Assembly: GCA_036679645.1 (NCBI GenBank)
Contig: JAZDCY010000056.1
Location: 32,001 to 96,000 of the forward strand
From: Gemmatimonadota bacterium
Lineage (GTDB): Bacteria; Gemmatimonadota; Gemmatimonadetes; Gemmatimonadales; GWC2-71-9
Direction: 5' to 3'
DNA length: 64,000 nucleotides
The notes beneath the pieces are model-generated. The model was not told the DNA's origin. It searched no databases and worked only from the letters and a program-made list of their open reading frames with translations. Positions within the stretch are counted from its first letter, which is position 1. Each line of letters begins with the position of its first letter. Of this stretch, positions 19,279 to 27,910 are shown one piece after another. The position numbers and the translations under genes are program-made.

Positions 19279-20253
19279 ATGCCCGATCTGCCGACCCTCG
19301 CCGACCTGCAGCGCACGCGCGACTACCTCCGCGAGCGGGTGCACCTGACACCTCTGCTCAGGACGTCCTCGATTGGCGCCGAGATTGGTGCCGAGCTCTG
19401 GCTCAAGTGCGAGAACCTGCAGAAGACGGGTTCTTTCAAGCCCCGCGGCGTCCTCTCGCAGCTCGCGACGCTCGGAGAAGACGAGCGGTCGCGCGGCGTC
19501 GTCACGATCTCAGCGGGGAACTACGCGCAGGCGCTGGCCTGGGGAGCAACCCGGGCTGGAGTGGCGGCAACAGTGGTCATGCCGGCCAAGGCCTCGCCCA
19601 CCAAAGCAGCCGCAACCCGCGCGTACGGAGCCGAGGTGATCCTGCATGGGACATCCGCCGAGGCATTTCAGAAGGCGCACGACGTGGCAATCGAGCGGAA
19701 CCTCGCCTTCCTACATCCGTTTGACGATCCGGCCCTCGTGGAAGGGACCGCCAGTGTCGGGCTCGAGATCGTCGAGCAGCTTCCCGAGACGAGCGTGGTT
19801 GTGGTCCCCGTCGGTGGTGGCGGGTTGATCTCCGGTATCCTCGCTGCTTTGAGCGAGATCGCGCCGGGCGTCAAAGTCTACGGTGTCGAACCAACAGGAG
19901 CAGCGGCCATGCGTGCGAGCCTGGACGCCGGCCGCCCTGTGCACCTCGACACAGTCTCGTCAATCGCGGACGGCCTCGCCCCGCCCATGGCCGGGGACGT
20001 CACCTACGACTACGTGTCCCGCTACGCCGCGGACGTCGTCCTCGTCACCGATGACGAGATTCGCGCGGCCATGCCGTGGATCTACGGGCGGGCCAAGTTG
20101 GTGGTGGAGCCCTCGGGGGCGGCGGGCGTCGCAGCTCTCCTGGCGGGGAAGATTCCCCTTCGTCCCGCCGATCGGGTGGTTGCAGTGCTGAGCGGCGGGA
20201 ACGTCGAGCTGGACCGCCTGCCCGATCTCCTGGCGAAAGGAGTCCGCGAGTAA
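19279..20253 (+). CDS. PLP-dependent threonine/serine dehydratase family protein
   Basis: KCENLQKTGSFKPRG, SAGNYAQA, PVGGGGLISG, VEPSGAAG, LSGGN. Confidence 0.92.
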   Translation: MPDLPTLADLQRTRDYLRERVHLTPLLRTSSIGAEIGAELWLKCENLQKTGSFKPRGVLSQLATLGEDERSRGVVTISAGNYAQALAWGATRAGVAATVVMPAKASPTKAAATRAYGAEVILHGTSAEAFQKAHDVAIERNLAFLHPFDDPALVEGTASVGLEIVEQLPETSVVVVPVGGGGLISGILAALSEIAPGVKVYGVEPTGAAAMRASLDAGRPVHLDTVSSIADGLAPPMAGDVTYDYVSRYAADVVLVTDDEIRAAMPWIYGRAKLVVEPSGAAGVAALLAGKIPLRPADRVVAVLSGGNVELDRLPDLLAKGVRE

Positions 20254-20279
20254 ACTCGCGGCTCGGCGGTTTTCCACGG

Positions 20280-20489
20280 TCAATCGGTCAGGGCGATCTT
20301 GCCGGCGATGGTGTGTTTCAGACCGACCTGCGAGATCTCGAGTGTCACGTTGGCCTCGAGCGTCTCCGTGCCGTCGATCGTCCCCTCCGTGAGGGCGTCC
20401 CGCACCGCCTTCTCGATCTCTCGCTGGGATGTGACCCCAACATTCTTCAGGAACTTCCTGAGCTGGACATTCAGCACCTCTTCTTTCAT
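20280..20489 (-). CDS. Small conserved hypothetical protein (DUF6494-like)
   Basis: RBS AAGGAGG; MKEEVLNVQLRKFLKNVGVTSQREIEKAVR. Confidence 0.75.
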   Translation of the reverse strand: MKEEVLNVQLRKFLKNVGVTSQREIEKAVRDALTEGTIDGTETLEANVTLEISQVGLKHTIAGKIALTD

Positions 20490-20556
20490 CACGCCTCCTT
20501 TGCGTACAGAAGGCTGAGTACCTTCAGCACCTTCCGTCAACCCACGCGGAGCCGCC

Positions 20557-21927
20557 GTGACCCCAGTTGCACCCATCCGCGAGACGACGCGGGCCCTCGT
20601 TCGGCTGGCTCTGCCGGTCGTGGCCGTGCAGGTCGGCATGATGTCGATGGGGGTCGTCGATACCATCATGGTGGGTCACGTCTCCGCCGCTGACTTGGCC
20701 GCGGTCGCGCTGGGGAATCTCTATTTCTTTACAACGTCGATCTTCGGCGTCGGTGTCCTGATGGCCCTCGATCCGGTCGTGGCTCAGGGTGTGGGGGCCG
20801 GCGATGACGCCACGATTGCACGCGCCGTCCAGCGCGGCCTCATCGTAGCCGTGGGGCTTGCCATTTTCACGTCGCTGCTGCTCGCACCGGCTGCACCGCT
20901 GCTCCACGTGCTCCGCCAACCCGACGACGTCGTTCCCATCGCCGGCCGGTATGCCCTAACGCTGATCCCCAGCATGCTGCCGTTCTTTGCGTTCGTCGTG
21001 TTCCGCCAGACCCTCCAGGCAATGAAATGGGTCGCTCCCCTCGTGATCGCCACGGTCGCGGCGAACATCGGGAATGTCGTCTTCAACTGGGTACTCGTCT
21101 TTGGCAAGCTCGGGTTCCCGGCGATGGGCGCGGTCGGGAGCGGCTGGGCAACCAGTCTCAGCCGATGGCTGATGGCGTTGGGTCTGCTGGCACTCGCGTG
21201 GCGCCGGATCGTGCCGTTCGTTCTTCCGTTCCGCCGCGAGGCCCTAGCCTGGGCGCCGCTAGCCCGCATGCTGAAGCTGGGCGCGCCCATAGGCGTTCAG
21301 CACCAACTCGAGTTCGGTGCCTTCGGCGTAACCGCCCTGCTGATGGGAATGCTGGGAACGATCGAGATGGCGGCCCATCAGGTGGCCCTCAGCATCGCGT
21401 CGCTCACTTTCATGGTCCCGCTCGGCATCGGCGCCGCTGGCGCCGTGCTGGTAGGCCAGGCCATTGGACGGGATGACGCGGCAGCCGCCCGCCGCGCCGC
21501 GGGAGTCTCGCTTGCACTGGGAGCCACCTTCATGGTATTGAGCGCCGCCGTCATGCTGACGTTCCCGGGAGCCATTGCCCGCCTGTATACCGAGGAGCGC
21601 CCGGTCATTCTGCTGGCAGCATCGTTGATCCCAATTGCCGGGATGTTCCAGGTGTTCGACGGGACGCAGGTCGTGGCTGCCGGGGTGCTGCGCGGCGCGG
21701 GCGACACGAGGGCTCCTATGGTGATCACGCTGATAGGGTTTTGGATGATCGGGCTACCGGTGAGCGCGCTGCTGGGATTCGGTACGCGGGCGGGACCGCG
21801 CGGGTTGTGGTGGGGCCTCGTCGTGGGACTCGGGGCCGTGGCCGCTTTCCTCCTCGCCCGGGTCCGGTCGCGTTTCCGGCGAGATCTGCGGCGAGTGATC
21901 ATCGACGAGGAGCCCGAAACGGCGTGA
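20557..21927 (+). CDS. MATE family efflux transporter (NorM-like)
   Basis: LALP, VDTIMVGH, AAHQ, FQVFDG.Q, LRGAGDTR; about 12 TM helices. Confidence 0.93.
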   Translation: MTPVAPIRETTRALVRLALPVVAVQVGMMSMGVVDTIMVGHVSAADLAAVALGNLYFFTTSIFGVGVLMALDPVVAQGVGAGDDATIARAVQRGLIVAVGLAIFTSLLLAPAAPLLHVLRQPDDVVPIAGRYALTLIPSMLPFFAFVVFRQTLQAMKWVAPLVIATVAANIGNVVFNWVLVFGKLGFPAMGAVGSGWATSLSRWLMALGLLALAWRRIVPFVLPFRREALAWAPLARMLKLGAPIGVQHQLEFGAFGVTALLMGMLGTIEMAAHQVALSIASLTFMVPLGIGAAGAVLVGQAIGRDDAAAARRAAGVSLALGATFMVLSAAVMLTFPGAIARLYTEERPVILLAASLIPIAGMFQVFDGTQVVAAGVLRGAGDTRAPMVITLIGFWMIGLPVSALLGFGTRAGPRGLWWGLVVGLGAVAAFLLARVRSRFRRDLRRVIIDEEPETA

Positions 21928-21943
21928 GAGGAGTACCTTTGCC

Positions 21944-22384
21944 ATGATGCGAGTGACCACACTGCAGCGCTGTGGCGAGACTGCCCTCATGGTGGTCGCG
22001 CTCGTCCTCGCCGGCTGCGGTGAGCCGCTGTTCCGCGAGACCGCTCAGGCGCTCGTTCAGGGCACGGTGAGCGCGTCCGCGGGGTTTCCGGCCAACGGCG
22101 CGACCGTCGTCTTCGACGTGACCCGTGGTTCCGACGCGACGCCACTCGGTGTCGAGACTGCGACGGCCGACGCGCTCGGGCGTTATTCGGTCGTGCTTGC
22201 CGTTTTCGCCGAGCCGTTTGACGGCAACATGACCGTACGGGCGTCGTGGGAACTGGGGGGCACGCGCCAGGAGGCCACCATCACGAACATCACGGTGCCG
22301 TTCCGGCGACCGGCAGACGGCATCGAGACGACACGGGTCGACATTGTCCTTGCACCGGTCTCCACACAGGCCTCGCGTCAGTAG
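21944..22384 (+). CDS. Hypothetical lipoprotein (carboxypeptidase regulatory-like beta sandwich)
   Basis: Lipobox LAGC, V.GTV and TADALGRY pattern; RBS GAGGAG. Confidence 0.65.
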   Translation: MMRVTTLQRCGETALMVVALVLAGCGEPLFRETAQALVQGTVSASAGFPANGATVVFDVTRGSDATPLGVETATADALGRYSVVLAVFAEPFDGNMTVRASWELGGTRQEATITNITVPFRRPADGIETTRVDIVLAPVSTQASRQ

Positions 22385-22503
22385 GGTGTGGAATCACGCA
22401 ACGTGGCGGACCATGAACCGCGAGTGCGACGAGCGGCGGTGACCCGCCTCGTCGCGAGCAAGAGGTTGCGGCGGTGGGTACCGCTGCCGCGAACGACAAG
22501 CGA

Positions 22504-22543
22504 GCGACCGTGGCGGAATTGGTATACGCGCAGGATTTAGGAT
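22504..22543 (+). repeat. att-like direct repeat: 5' 40 nt of tRNA-Leu(TAG)
   Basis: GCGACCGTGGCGGAATTGGTATACGCGCAGGATTTAGGAT is identical to 26387-26426; degenerate similarity continues to ~22560. Confidence 0.9.
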
Positions 22544-22669
22544 TCTGCTGTGGGGTAAACCGTCCTCGTCACTACCGGACACCAAGTGACACAATGGACC
22601 ACAGTTACACCCGCATTGGCACCAGTCGAGAACAGCCCGTTTTTCCGTGTCTTACCTCTCGTGTGCGCC

Positions 22670-22692
22670 AGTTCATGGACAGAACGTGGACA
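22670..22692 (+). repeat. 23-bp direct repeat, copy 1
   Basis: AGTTCATGGACAGAACGTGGACA, identical to 26286-26308. Confidence 0.9.
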
Positions 22693-23170
22693 GTGGCCTG
22701 GCAGCTCGGCCGGCGGTCGTTGCAACCGCAGGACGTGGCCGAGTGGGGGAACGGGGTCTATCTTCGCGCAACGGAGAGCTTGGGCTCGTCCGCCAACGCC
22801 AGGAACCGCGTCGATAGAACTGGCCGGGCAGTTGGCGGGCGCCACGTGCCTAACCTCTGGGAACGAGGTCAATGTGATCCACGACGTGGGGCGCTATCAC
22901 ATCGTTGACCCGCGCACGAAAGCCCGTGAAATGGCGACGGGCCTTGTTTGGAGCGAGTTGGTCCCACGAACCCCACCGCGGGGACGAGGCACTCGTGTAC
23001 TCGACGAGCAGCCGCCGTCTCTTACGACCCGTGAGCTTTAGCGGGCGTGTCAAAGAGGCAAGCGACCCCGCAACGTCGCCCCAATCGGCGATGAGCCTCT
23101 TGAGAAATCGGGTTTGATCAGCACGGGTGGGTTTGGATTCTGGGGCGGCGCAATCGGGGCCGGGCTGCTA

Positions 23171-24553
23171 TCAGCGATCCCGCGCGGTCAGCGAGCCTTC
23201 TTTGTGCTGTTTCGGCCAGTAGCGAACGCTCTGCAAGTACTCAGTCGATTCTGCATGCTCCGTGAATTCAAGGAGGTTGCCGAGCTTGGATGTAAGCGCT
23301 GCACGCACCTCACTTGAGCTCGCGAAGAAGAATTCCTTGCGTGCGTTGGCGTGGTTGACTCGCTGATCGGCAAAGTGTTGGTGCAATTCGGATTCGAGGG
23401 TGACGGCATCTTCGGAGAAGAACAGGCAGTGTACATCAAAGCGGAAAGGAACCGATGCACCACTCAGTTCATTGATTCTGTCGAGTGGCTCCAGGCGGCG
23501 GGTTAGGCCGATCTTGACGACGTTGATACCAAACGCGCCCCGGTTCGAAATTACATACACGTAGCCAGCTCTGATGTTAGCCGCCCTGTAATCATTTCGA
23601 GCAATCGCTTCATCGAGATCAGCAAGTCTTTGCTCCAATTCAGCGTCTGATGATCCGCTGCTCTTGAGAGCTTCAAGTGTATTCAAAATGTGGCTGCGCT
23701 CTTTGTCGAGCTTTTCTCGTTCTGCCGTAAGTTCGGCCTGGACCCTCCGCTCCTCGCGGAGGCGCGCGCGCTCTTCACGTGCCTCTTCGCGTTCTTCCTG
23801 CTTCTTCATTAGGTAATCAGCAGTCAATTCGATCTCTTCGACACGTAACGCATGGAATTCGTCGCTGATGTGCATTTGCATCATTTTCCCGAGTTTCATG
23901 ATCGCGGCCCGCGATGCTTCGACCCGCCGCTTCGCCGTGACGACGTTGCCGGCTCGAAGCGAACGCAAGCTATTGTCCACTTCTGCGTTGTACGCGCGTA
24001 ACATTAGCTTGGCGAGGTCATTGGACATCCTGCGGCCTTTGGCAAGCGAATTGTCGAAGGTGAACATGTTCGACCTTTCGATTGCGTGCTTGGCCTTGAC
24101 GAGAGTTGCGATGCGTGTGCCTAGATTCTTGAGCCGATCTTTGTACGCGTCTGCATTCTCAAGCGGGTGGTGGTATCGGTAAATTCCGACTTCTTGAAGT
24201 ACCCATTCGTCGTCAAGCACGACGACTTCACTTGGTGATAAAGTCGCATCAAGCTGAGCCCGCAGTGCGACATTCTCCGCTTCAAGTAACGCGATCCTTC
24301 GTTCGGCATCGCGGGGCACAGAGTCCCCTGAGTGCCCCTCCCCAGTCGCGGACGAAGCGCTCCCTTCCCCAGTGTCGCCCTCCACATGAACCGAGCTCTC
24401 GTCGCTGCTCGAGTCGGTGGATAGCCAAAGTCGCCAGCCCTCAGGTGGATCAGGCCAAGTAGGATCCGGTGTCCACCCCTTTGGCGGCGTCCAGCCGCTG
24501 GGAGGCTTGGGCCAGCCGGGTGGCGGATTGAAGACGATGCGCTCGTCCGTCAT
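23171..24553 (-). CDS. DUF4041 + T5orf172/MUG113 (GIY-YIG-like) nuclease domain protein; PD-lambda-1/SNIPE-like
   Basis: KLMLRAYNAE, LRVEEIELT...KKQEEREE (DUF4041); AGYVYVISNRGAFG..VVKIGLTRRLEPLDRINEL..ASVPFRFDVH, LESELH, RKEFF (GIY-YIG-like). Confidence 0.88.
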   Translation of the reverse strand: MTDERIVFNPPPGWPKPPSGWTPPKGWTPDPTWPDPPEGWRLWLSTDSSSDESSVHVEGDTGEGSASSATGEGHSGDSVPRDAERRIALLEAENVALRAQLDATLSPSEVVVLDDEWVLQEVGIYRYHHPLENADAYKDRLKNLGTRIATLVKAKHAIERSNMFTFDNSLAKGRRMSNDLAKLMLRAYNAEVDNSLRSLRAGNVVTAKRRVEASRAAIMKLGKMMQMHISDEFHALRVEEIELTADYLMKKQEEREEAREERARLREERRVQAELTAEREKLDKERSHILNTLEALKSSGSSDAELEQRLADLDEAIARNDYRAANIRAGYVYVISNRGAFGINVVKIGLTRRLEPLDRINELSGASVPFRFDVHCLFFSEDAVTLESELHQHFADQRVNHANARKEFFFASSSEVRAALTSKLGNLLEFTEHAESTEYLQSVRYWPKQHKEGSLTARDR

Positions 24554-25812
24554 GAGCGGCGGATTCCCGAAACATCAGCAGCGACGAGGTCAAACGGATT
24601 CTTGGAGACAGCTGCACCAAGGTGACCAAGAGTAGCAGCGGGAACGACGCTCGAAAGATTGAACTCAAGGAACGAATCACGTTCTCCTCCGACCGCCACG
24701 AACGGGATGTACGTCTCCCTGCCAGTCGCCGGGTCGATCGTCTCCGTCCCGACCTCCAACGAGATCGTTTTGATTAGGCTGCGACGGTCTGCCTCGAACA
24801 CCTCATGCAACGACCGAAGCGCGATCTGATGCACCGCGGCTGAATACCGTTCCTTGCACGCTTTCTGTGGTAACGATGTCGAGGTGATTTCATCTGAAGA
24901 TTTGTTGTACTTATAGGCGCGCGTGTCAGGCACTTTGTCAGGGCCAGGTACCAACACGCGCAGCCGCAGCTCAGCCGCAGCGGCATCGAACTCAAAATCG
25001 TGTCGAATCGGAAAATGCGCCGGGTACACCGAGTTGGATAAGACGATTGCCACGTACTCTTGAACCGCCTCAACGGCTCCGTAACCGAGATTGGCGATTA
25101 AAGTATCGATCGCCTGGTTGTGCGCCACGGCCTCTGCCTCACGCGCTGAGCATTCTTCTGCGTATCGCGCCCGCTCTGCCTCAAGTGTCGAAACACGTTG
25201 AGCCTCCGTTTCAGCGTGCCCACTTGCTTCGGCCTTGCGGGCCGATTCGACTTGAACCAACTCGGACTTCCATCTAGCTACGGCGCGCTTGTGAGCGGAA
25301 GTGGCTTCGGCGACCGCCTTCTCATGCTTCTTTTTGCCAAGCAACCGTCGGAGTCCCTTGGGTGCGGGAGGCGGCGTAAATATCGGCTCCGGTGGATCGG
25401 CTTGAGGATTGGGTGGTGGCGTGGGTACCTCGAGGTCGCCGCGGTCGAACGGTGGGTGCTCGGCGACGGTGCGCAGCGTGTCCAAGTCCACGTAGTCATC
25501 TATATCGAGAGTCGCGGCAAGCAACGAATCAATATCGTGATACACTTGGGATAGTTCGAGGTTTTTTTTCTCAACCTCCGCCTCCATCGCGGCAACGTGT
25601 GCTTCTTGAGCTGCTTTGGCGAGTCGTTTTTGTTCTGCCGCATCGGCACGAGTTAACTGAGCAGCTGCACGTTCTTCCGCCTTTCGGGCACGTTCAGCTT
25701 CGGCGCTCGCGGCCTTGCGCGCGCGCTCGGCTTCCCGCTCTGCCCGAGCTTGCTCTCGGTCAGCGAGCTTTGCTTGATGCTGAAGTTCAGCGAAGAAACC
25801 GCGTCGTGCCAT
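24550..25812 (-). CDS. Coiled-coil protein resembling the non-catalytic N-terminal part of long Mrr-family restriction proteins
   Basis: MARRGFFAELQHQ, long Ala/Glu/Arg helices, then IALRSLHEVFEAD..IDPATGRE..F.EFNLS.V.P. Stop overlaps the next ATG (ATGA). Confidence 0.75.
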   Translation of the reverse strand: MARRGFFAELQHQAKLADREQARAEREAERARKAASAEAERARKAEERAAAQLTRADAAEQKRLAKAAQEAHVAAMEAEVEKKNLELSQVYHDIDSLLAATLDIDDYVDLDTLRTVAEHPPFDRGDLEVPTPPPNPQADPPEPIFTPPPAPKGLRRLLGKKKHEKAVAEATSAHKRAVARWKSELVQVESARKAEASGHAETEAQRVSTLEAERARYAEECSAREAEAVAHNQAIDTLIANLGYGAVEAVQEYVAIVLSNSVYPAHFPIRHDFEFDAAAAELRLRVLVPGPDKVPDTRAYKYNKSSDEITSTSLPQKACKERYSAAVHQIALRSLHEVFEADRRSLIKTISLEVGTETIDPATGRETYIPFVAVGGERDSFLEFNLSSVVPAATLGHLGAAVSKNPFDLVAADVSGIRRS

Positions 25813-26067
25813 CCTTGACCCTTGCTGCGGACTTTAAGATGCGAGCACCCAACCGAGATAGGATGCGATCTTGTCCGGGCCGGCGCCAGGGCATTTCTGG
25901 GGCATGGCATGTTGTTTTTGGGACATCCGGCTGGGAGACTCAACTACCGACCCCATGGGACCCTTGGCGAACGCCTCGGCGTCGTGGCTTGTGACAGTTT
26001 CTGACAGTTCTGGCGGCGGGGCCACACGGCTCGCCATCACGCCCCGCCGCCTTCATCTTTCCCCTCC

Positions 26068-26215
26068 ATGGCGGACTCGCTGGATCGTCTCACTTCGGCG
26101 CTGGCCGACCGCTACCGCATTGATCGCGAACTCGGTAGCGGTGGTATGGCGACCGTCTATCTCGCTGAGGACCTCAAGCACGAGCACCACGTTACGCCAA
26201 GGTGTTGAAGCCCAA
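26068..26215 (+). pseudogene. 5' fragment of a Hanks-type Ser/Thr protein kinase
   Basis: MADSLDRLTSALADRYRIDRELGSGGMATVYLAEDLKHEHHV, then frameshifted KVLKP; only subdomains I-II remain. Confidence 0.85.
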
Positions 26216-26285
26216 CCTTCCCCATGCCGTCGGCATCGTCAACGAGAGCGACCTAGCGGAGGGTGTGGCGAAGCTTGCAGCCGCG

Positions 26286-26308
26286 AGTTCATGGACAGAA
26301 CGTGGACA
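26286..26308 (+). repeat. 23-bp direct repeat, copy 2
   Basis: AGTTCATGGACAGAACGTGGACA, identical to 22670-22692. Confidence 0.9.
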
Positions 26309-26386
26309 ATCGGGCGTCGCGGAGGGGTGAGCGTGCAAACGCCGGAGTACAGTAAGTCGGTATGTTGCAATAGAATGTGTAATCAC

Positions 26387-26468
26387 GCGACCGTGGCGGA
26401 ATTGGTATACGCGCAGGATTTAGGATCCTGTGGGGTCACCCATGAGGGTTCGAGTCCCTCCGGTCGCA
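26387..26468 (+). tRNA. tRNA-Leu (anticodon TAG)
   Basis: Acceptor GCGACCG/CGGTCGC, anticodon arm CAGGA-TTTAGGA-TCCTG, long variable arm, T arm GAGGG-TTCGAGT-CCCTC; CCA not encoded. Confidence 0.96.
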
Positions 26469-26482
26469 TCGTTCCCCTGATA

Positions 26483-27844
26483 GTGCTCGCCGGCCTCCTA
26501 GCTGCGGGCGGATGCGGCGACGCCGCCGCGGGCCCCGAACCTCCGCGCGCCGTGCTGATCTCACCCGATACGCTACGCCTCTCCATTGGTGACACCGGGC
26601 AGCTCACGGTCACGATCGCCGACCTCTCCGGGAATCCGCTCGACAGCGCCGAGGTCACGTGGACCTCCGTGAATCCCACAGTGGTCACCGTGGACTCCGC
26701 AGGCGAAGTGGCGGCCGTGGGGCTGGGTCTCACGCACGTCATCGCCGTCTCCGCCGGGTTCGTCGATTCCGCCGTCGTGCGCACCGGGCTAGCCTTCACT
26801 CAGATCACCGCGGGAGATGCCCACACGTGCGGGTTGGTGCCGGGCGGCGCGGCCTTTTGCTGGGGCGACGGACGTGCCGGACAGCTGGGGAACGGAGGCA
26901 CCGAGGCGAGCGCCGCGCCCGGGCGCGTGACGGCGGGAGCCGTTTTCACGGCGGTGACCGCCGGCGCGACCCACACGTGTGCACTCCAGGAGAACGGCAC
27001 ACCTCATTGCTGGGGTCAGGGGAGCCTTGGGCAACGGGGCGACGGGACGACCAACGCTGTGTCGCTCCCAACGCCAGTTGCGACCAACCTGGTTTTCCAG
27101 TCGCTGAGCGCGGGCTGGAACCATACCTGCGGCATCACCACCAGCAGCCGTCTGTACTGCTGGGGATCCAACCTGTTCGGCCAGCTGGGAGACGGTGGCT
27201 TCGTTCTGCAGCTGACCCCGGACAGCGCGGTCACGGCCGATCGGTTCACCGATGTGCGGGCCGGCCGGAACCACACCTGCGCCGTGAGCCTCGACGGTCA
27301 GGCCTATTGCTGGGGCCGTAACGACGAGGGACAGCTCGGCTTGGGATCGACCTCGGCACCGGTACCCATTCCAACACCGCTACCGAGTGCTCTCACGTTC
27401 CGCACCATCGTGGCGGCCGACGGCACCTATTCATGCGGGCTCTGGCTTACCCGCCGGCTGCTGTGCTGGGGTCGCGGCAACGATGGCCAACTGGGCACGG
27501 GTACGACCGTCGAGCGCGATTCTCTGGTGGTAATCGACTTCACGATCCCGTTTGCCGCCGTCGATGCCGGCACCACTCACACCTGCGGCACCACGACCGA
27601 ATTCCAGACGTACTGCTGGGGGACGTCACGACTGGGTCTCCCCGGCGCGACGCGCAGCAACGTTCCGTTGCGCATCCCCATTGCACTCACCACGATCACA
27701 ACCGGCACGTTCCACACCTGTGGCCTGTCGGGCGAGCCCGGACAGGCCTACTGCTGGGGCGGGAACAACCGGGGTCAGTTGGGGACCGGGTCGGCCGCGC
27801 CGAGCGATGTTCCGGAACTCGTGGCGCAGCAGATTCGGTTCTAG
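26483..27844 (+). CDS. Lipoprotein with Ig-like (Big_2) domain and RCC1-like repeats
   Basis: AGGC lipobox, VTWTSVNPTVVTVDSAGEV, about seven AG..HTC...CWG....GQLG repeats. Start uncertain. Confidence 0.88.
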   Translation: MLAGLLAAGGCGDAAAGPEPPRAVLISPDTLRLSIGDTGQLTVTIADLSGNPLDSAEVTWTSVNPTVVTVDSAGEVAAVGLGLTHVIAVSAGFVDSAVVRTGLAFTQITAGDAHTCGLVPGGAAFCWGDGRAGQLGNGGTEASAAPGRVTAGAVFTAVTAGATHTCALQENGTPHCWGQGSLGQRGDGTTNAVSLPTPVATNLVFQSLSAGWNHTCGITTSSRLYCWGSNLFGQLGDGGFVLQLTPDSAVTADRFTDVRAGRNHTCAVSLDGQAYCWGRNDEGQLGLGSTSAPVPIPTPLPSALTFRTIVAADGTYSCGLWLTRRLLCWGRGNDGQLGTGTTVERDSLVVIDFTIPFAAVDAGTTHTCGTTTEFQTYCWGTSRLGLPGATRSNVPLRIPIALTTITTGTFHTCGLSGEPGQAYCWGGNNRGQLGTGSAAPSDVPELVAQQIRF

Positions 27845-27910
27845 GTGCCCTGCAAGGCACTTCCACTTCCAGTTAGGTTTCAGGCCGGGTTCACTTCAGC
27901 AGACGGTTAC

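Larger units (their letters stand above)
22504..26426. mobile_element. Degenerate genomic island integrated at the 5' end of tRNA-Leu (no integrase retained)
   Basis: Flanking 40-bp tRNA repeats, internal 23-bp direct repeats, visibly more AT-rich cargo and gene remnants. Confidence 0.75.

Noticed and set aside
22504..22600. Second functional or intron-split tRNA-Leu
   Set aside because: Only the 5' half is present; there is no T arm, no acceptor 3' strand and no separate 3' exon. The downstream copy is already complete.
22474..23117. ORFs 22474..22908, 22586..23041 and neighbours as genes or an integrase
   Set aside because: They run through the tRNA fragment and repeats and show no recombinase or other recognisable motifs; probably decayed sequence.
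22670..26308. CRISPR array suggested by the 23-bp repeat
   Set aside because: Only two copies 3.6 kb apart, no regular spacers and no cas genes in the window.
25871..26482. N-terminal 200 aa of the 657-aa ORF
   Set aside because: It reads through the kinase remnant, repeats and the tRNA gene; protein-like sequence starts only after the tRNA.
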